A stretch of DNA of 64,000 bases from the human T2T-CHM13v2.0 reference genome, Homo sapiens. The stretch lies in the NCBI RefSeq assembly GCF_009914755.1, contig NC_060927.1; one strand, written 5' to 3'. The translations under genes were made by a program, and so were the position numbers. Under the pieces are notes generated by a model. It was not told the origin of the DNA and ran no database searches. It was given only the letters and a program-made list of their open reading frames with translations. Positions 61,370-64,000 of the stretch are shown here, piece after piece. Position 1 is the stretch's first letter; the number at the start of each line of letters is the position of its first letter.

Positions 61370-63106
61370 ATTTCTTCCCACTTGCTGACAGACTCAGAAG
61401 GTATAATTTTTGCATATGTAAAAAGGACAGGCATTGTTTTATTTCTTACTTGACATATGGAATCGTTCAAAGTCACCACCACGCATTCATCATCAGCACT
61501 GAATATAGTAATAGCCAGAGGTTGTATCAGACATTCACAAGTATGTCTTTAGTCACTGTGTTCAAAATGTTTGCAACAGCATATATGGCACCCTACATGT
61601 TTAACTCCTTTTGAAAACCTTCCATATCCACACCTCTGTTCACTGCTGCTGCCTGTGCTGCTCAAAAAATAGTGTGCTTTTTACATACTCTTTGTTCATC
61701 TAAGGATACCCTTGTCACATGGCTAAATTAAAAAGTCATTTTTGAGGGAAAGTACATGGAATAAATGTTATTTTTAGTAAGAATTTTTGCCAGAGGATGA
61801 GTAGAACAGAAGAAAGGAATAACAAAATCTTGCAGTTGTCTGGCTTCCCTGAAGAAAGCATGAGCTGCTGGTACAAAATATTTGTGAAACCCATGAGAAA
61901 AGATGTTCATAATGATCCATGCCATTGTGCAATAATAATGGACTGGTAAAAATTTACTTCTTGAAAAGAGTGAGGATTCCAGCTTTTGCCTATCACAGCA
62001 CATTTAGACTTATACATGCTTTGCATTAGCACATCTCAGCATGCATATTCTGTTCTCAGTATTCTTAATGCCCATAGGGGGTATCTCATCAACCATAGTT
62101 ATTCTATTTCTGGGGCAGTAATATCAAAACAGTGATGTTTTATCAGCATTATTGATTTGTTCTAGTATCAGATTTTTATCAATAATAACCTTAGCAAACT
62201 ACTCAATGATATTTTCTGGTGCTTCATAATTAGTAGATTCCTTATTGCCACAAAACTTTAAAAATGTAATGTCATGTCTTCCCATAAACTCCTACAACTA
62301 GCCTGTTGAATATTCACAATTCCCTTCAATTTCAGTCCACTATTTGTTTGTTTGCTTACTTCATGATCAGCATATGATTAAGTGGCATGTGTTCACTGCA
62401 ACATAAATGGATTCACTCTTTCAATACATAATCAAGATTTTTTAGATTTATGCAATTTTTTTTAATTTTCATTAACTCCTGTTTATCATTTCAGCATAGA
62501 AATTTAACAGTTTATCTTTCTGTTTTCTTCAAGTCATCTACGGTGGTCATCCCAATACCATACTCTTTTGTATGATGTTTCATACTTACATCACTGTCCA
62601 GTCTTCCCAACAGCCTTACTTTCTGTGCTATCGATAAACACAAACGCTTCTTATTTTTCTTCTAGTGGTTACTGATAGTGGTATCAACAGATCTTTTTGA
62701 CATTTTTAGCAATATCTTTACATCACAGAGCAGAGAACAAGCAAAAATCCACAGCAAATAATGCATGTATGTCTTGGCCCCTTGTGTGGCATTTGGGGAA
62801 ACTTCCATTGCTGCATCTAGCCTGCACACTGATATTTTATTAGTATTTGTGGCTATGCTTGTATGGGGAAATCCGAGGATACATGGAAAAGATATATCAT
62901 AGATGAAGGAGAGAAGGGGACTTGGAAGATTTTCTTTCCCTTAGGGACACTAAAGAAACTGTGTGAGTGCACATACATTTTGACTGCAAACTATCACAGA
63001 AGGTCAGTTGTAAAATTTTCTACTCGTGGCATCATGTTGGTGCTCAAAAATTTTAGATGTTTGAGAAGTTTGGATTTCAGATGTTTAAATTAGAGATGCT
63101 CAACCT
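61370..63106 (-). mobile_element. Tigger4 (Zombi) DNA transposon with decayed transposase
   Basis: Terminus ttggatttcagatgtttaaattagagatgctcaacct resembles the Tigger4 TIR; transposase-like remnant from ATG ~62703 (LSIAQKVRLL). Confidence 0.75.
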
Positions 63107-63109
63107 CTA

Positions 63110-64000
63110 AGAGAATAATCTGAGTAATTGTATATCAAAAAATGGAATAACTTACAGGAATAAATGAATTCCTAGACATATACAACCTACCAAAACTGAA
63201 TAATGAAGAAAAAGAAAGTATGAACAGAGCAATAACTAAGGAGATTAAATCAGCAATGAAAATGTTTTTCATGAAAGAAAAGCCAAGAACTTGATGGCTT
63301 CACTGCTAGCTTCTACCAACCCTTAACAAAACAAAACATGACTAATACCAATTTTCAAAAAAAAAGTTTTACAAAAAAATCAAAGAGGTAGGAATATTTT
63401 CTAACTCTTTTCATGAGACCGAATTACCCTGATGCTAAAGCCAGATGAGGGCATCAAAAGAAAAGTAAACTATAGGCCAACATTCTCAATGAACACAGAT
63501 GCATACATCCTCAACAAAATACTAGCAAGCCAAATTCTATAACATGTTGAAAGGACACACTTTAAAAGCAGTGATAACTTTACTTATTCTTTTCCTGTTT
63601 GCATACTTTTAATTTCCTTTTCTTAAATGCTCTGACAAGGATTTCTAATACTATGTTAAATAGAAATGGTGACAATGGGCATCTTCTGCTGTTTCGGATC
63701 TTAAAGAAATTCAAATTTTTCATCACTGGGTATTACATAAGCTGTTGGTTTGTTCTCTATGGCTTTTATTGTATTGAAGTACATTTCTTCCATAGCTAAT
63801 TTGCTGACTATTTTTATCATAAGACAATCCTGCCAGTCAGCATAAAGACTTAAACCTAAAACCTAAAACTGTAAAACTACTAGAGGAAAACATAGGGGAT
63901 AAAACTACATGACCTTTGTCTGGGCAATAATTTTTTATTTAGCTTTGACCTCAAGAGTGTAGGCAACAAAAGCAAAAATAGACAAATGGGATTACATTAG
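63110..64000. mobile_element. L1 ORF2 fragments in mixed orientation
   Basis: Sense 63110-63560 (aattcctagacatatacaacctacc), antisense ~63570-63820, sense 63840-64000. Confidence 0.75.

Overview
Primate (human-like), AT-rich, repeat-dense window with no intact host protein-coding gene that I can recognise. It contains: (1) a minus-strand NGRN (neugrin) retrocopy (~4365-7773) that has a poly(A) tail and flanking direct repeat but retains intron 1, later hit by an AluS and a solo LTR12C; (2) a full-length, degenerate minus-strand gamma-like provirus (20330-28854) with a tRNA-Phe PBS (HERV-F/HERV-H supergroup). Its pol-env interval holds an intact 58-codon two-transmembrane ORF (below the ORF-track cut-off) and a second CxxC ORF overlapping the env start, which together look like an unrecognised accessory-gene cassette; (3) a 5'-truncated L1PA2/3, other L1s including twin-primed and apparently internally primed copies, Alus, solo LTRs and Tigger DNA transposons; (4) a ~1 kb fold-back inverted duplication (48514-49569). 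Family and subfamily names and comparisons with NGRN and HERV-H come from remembered sequences and need database confirmation.
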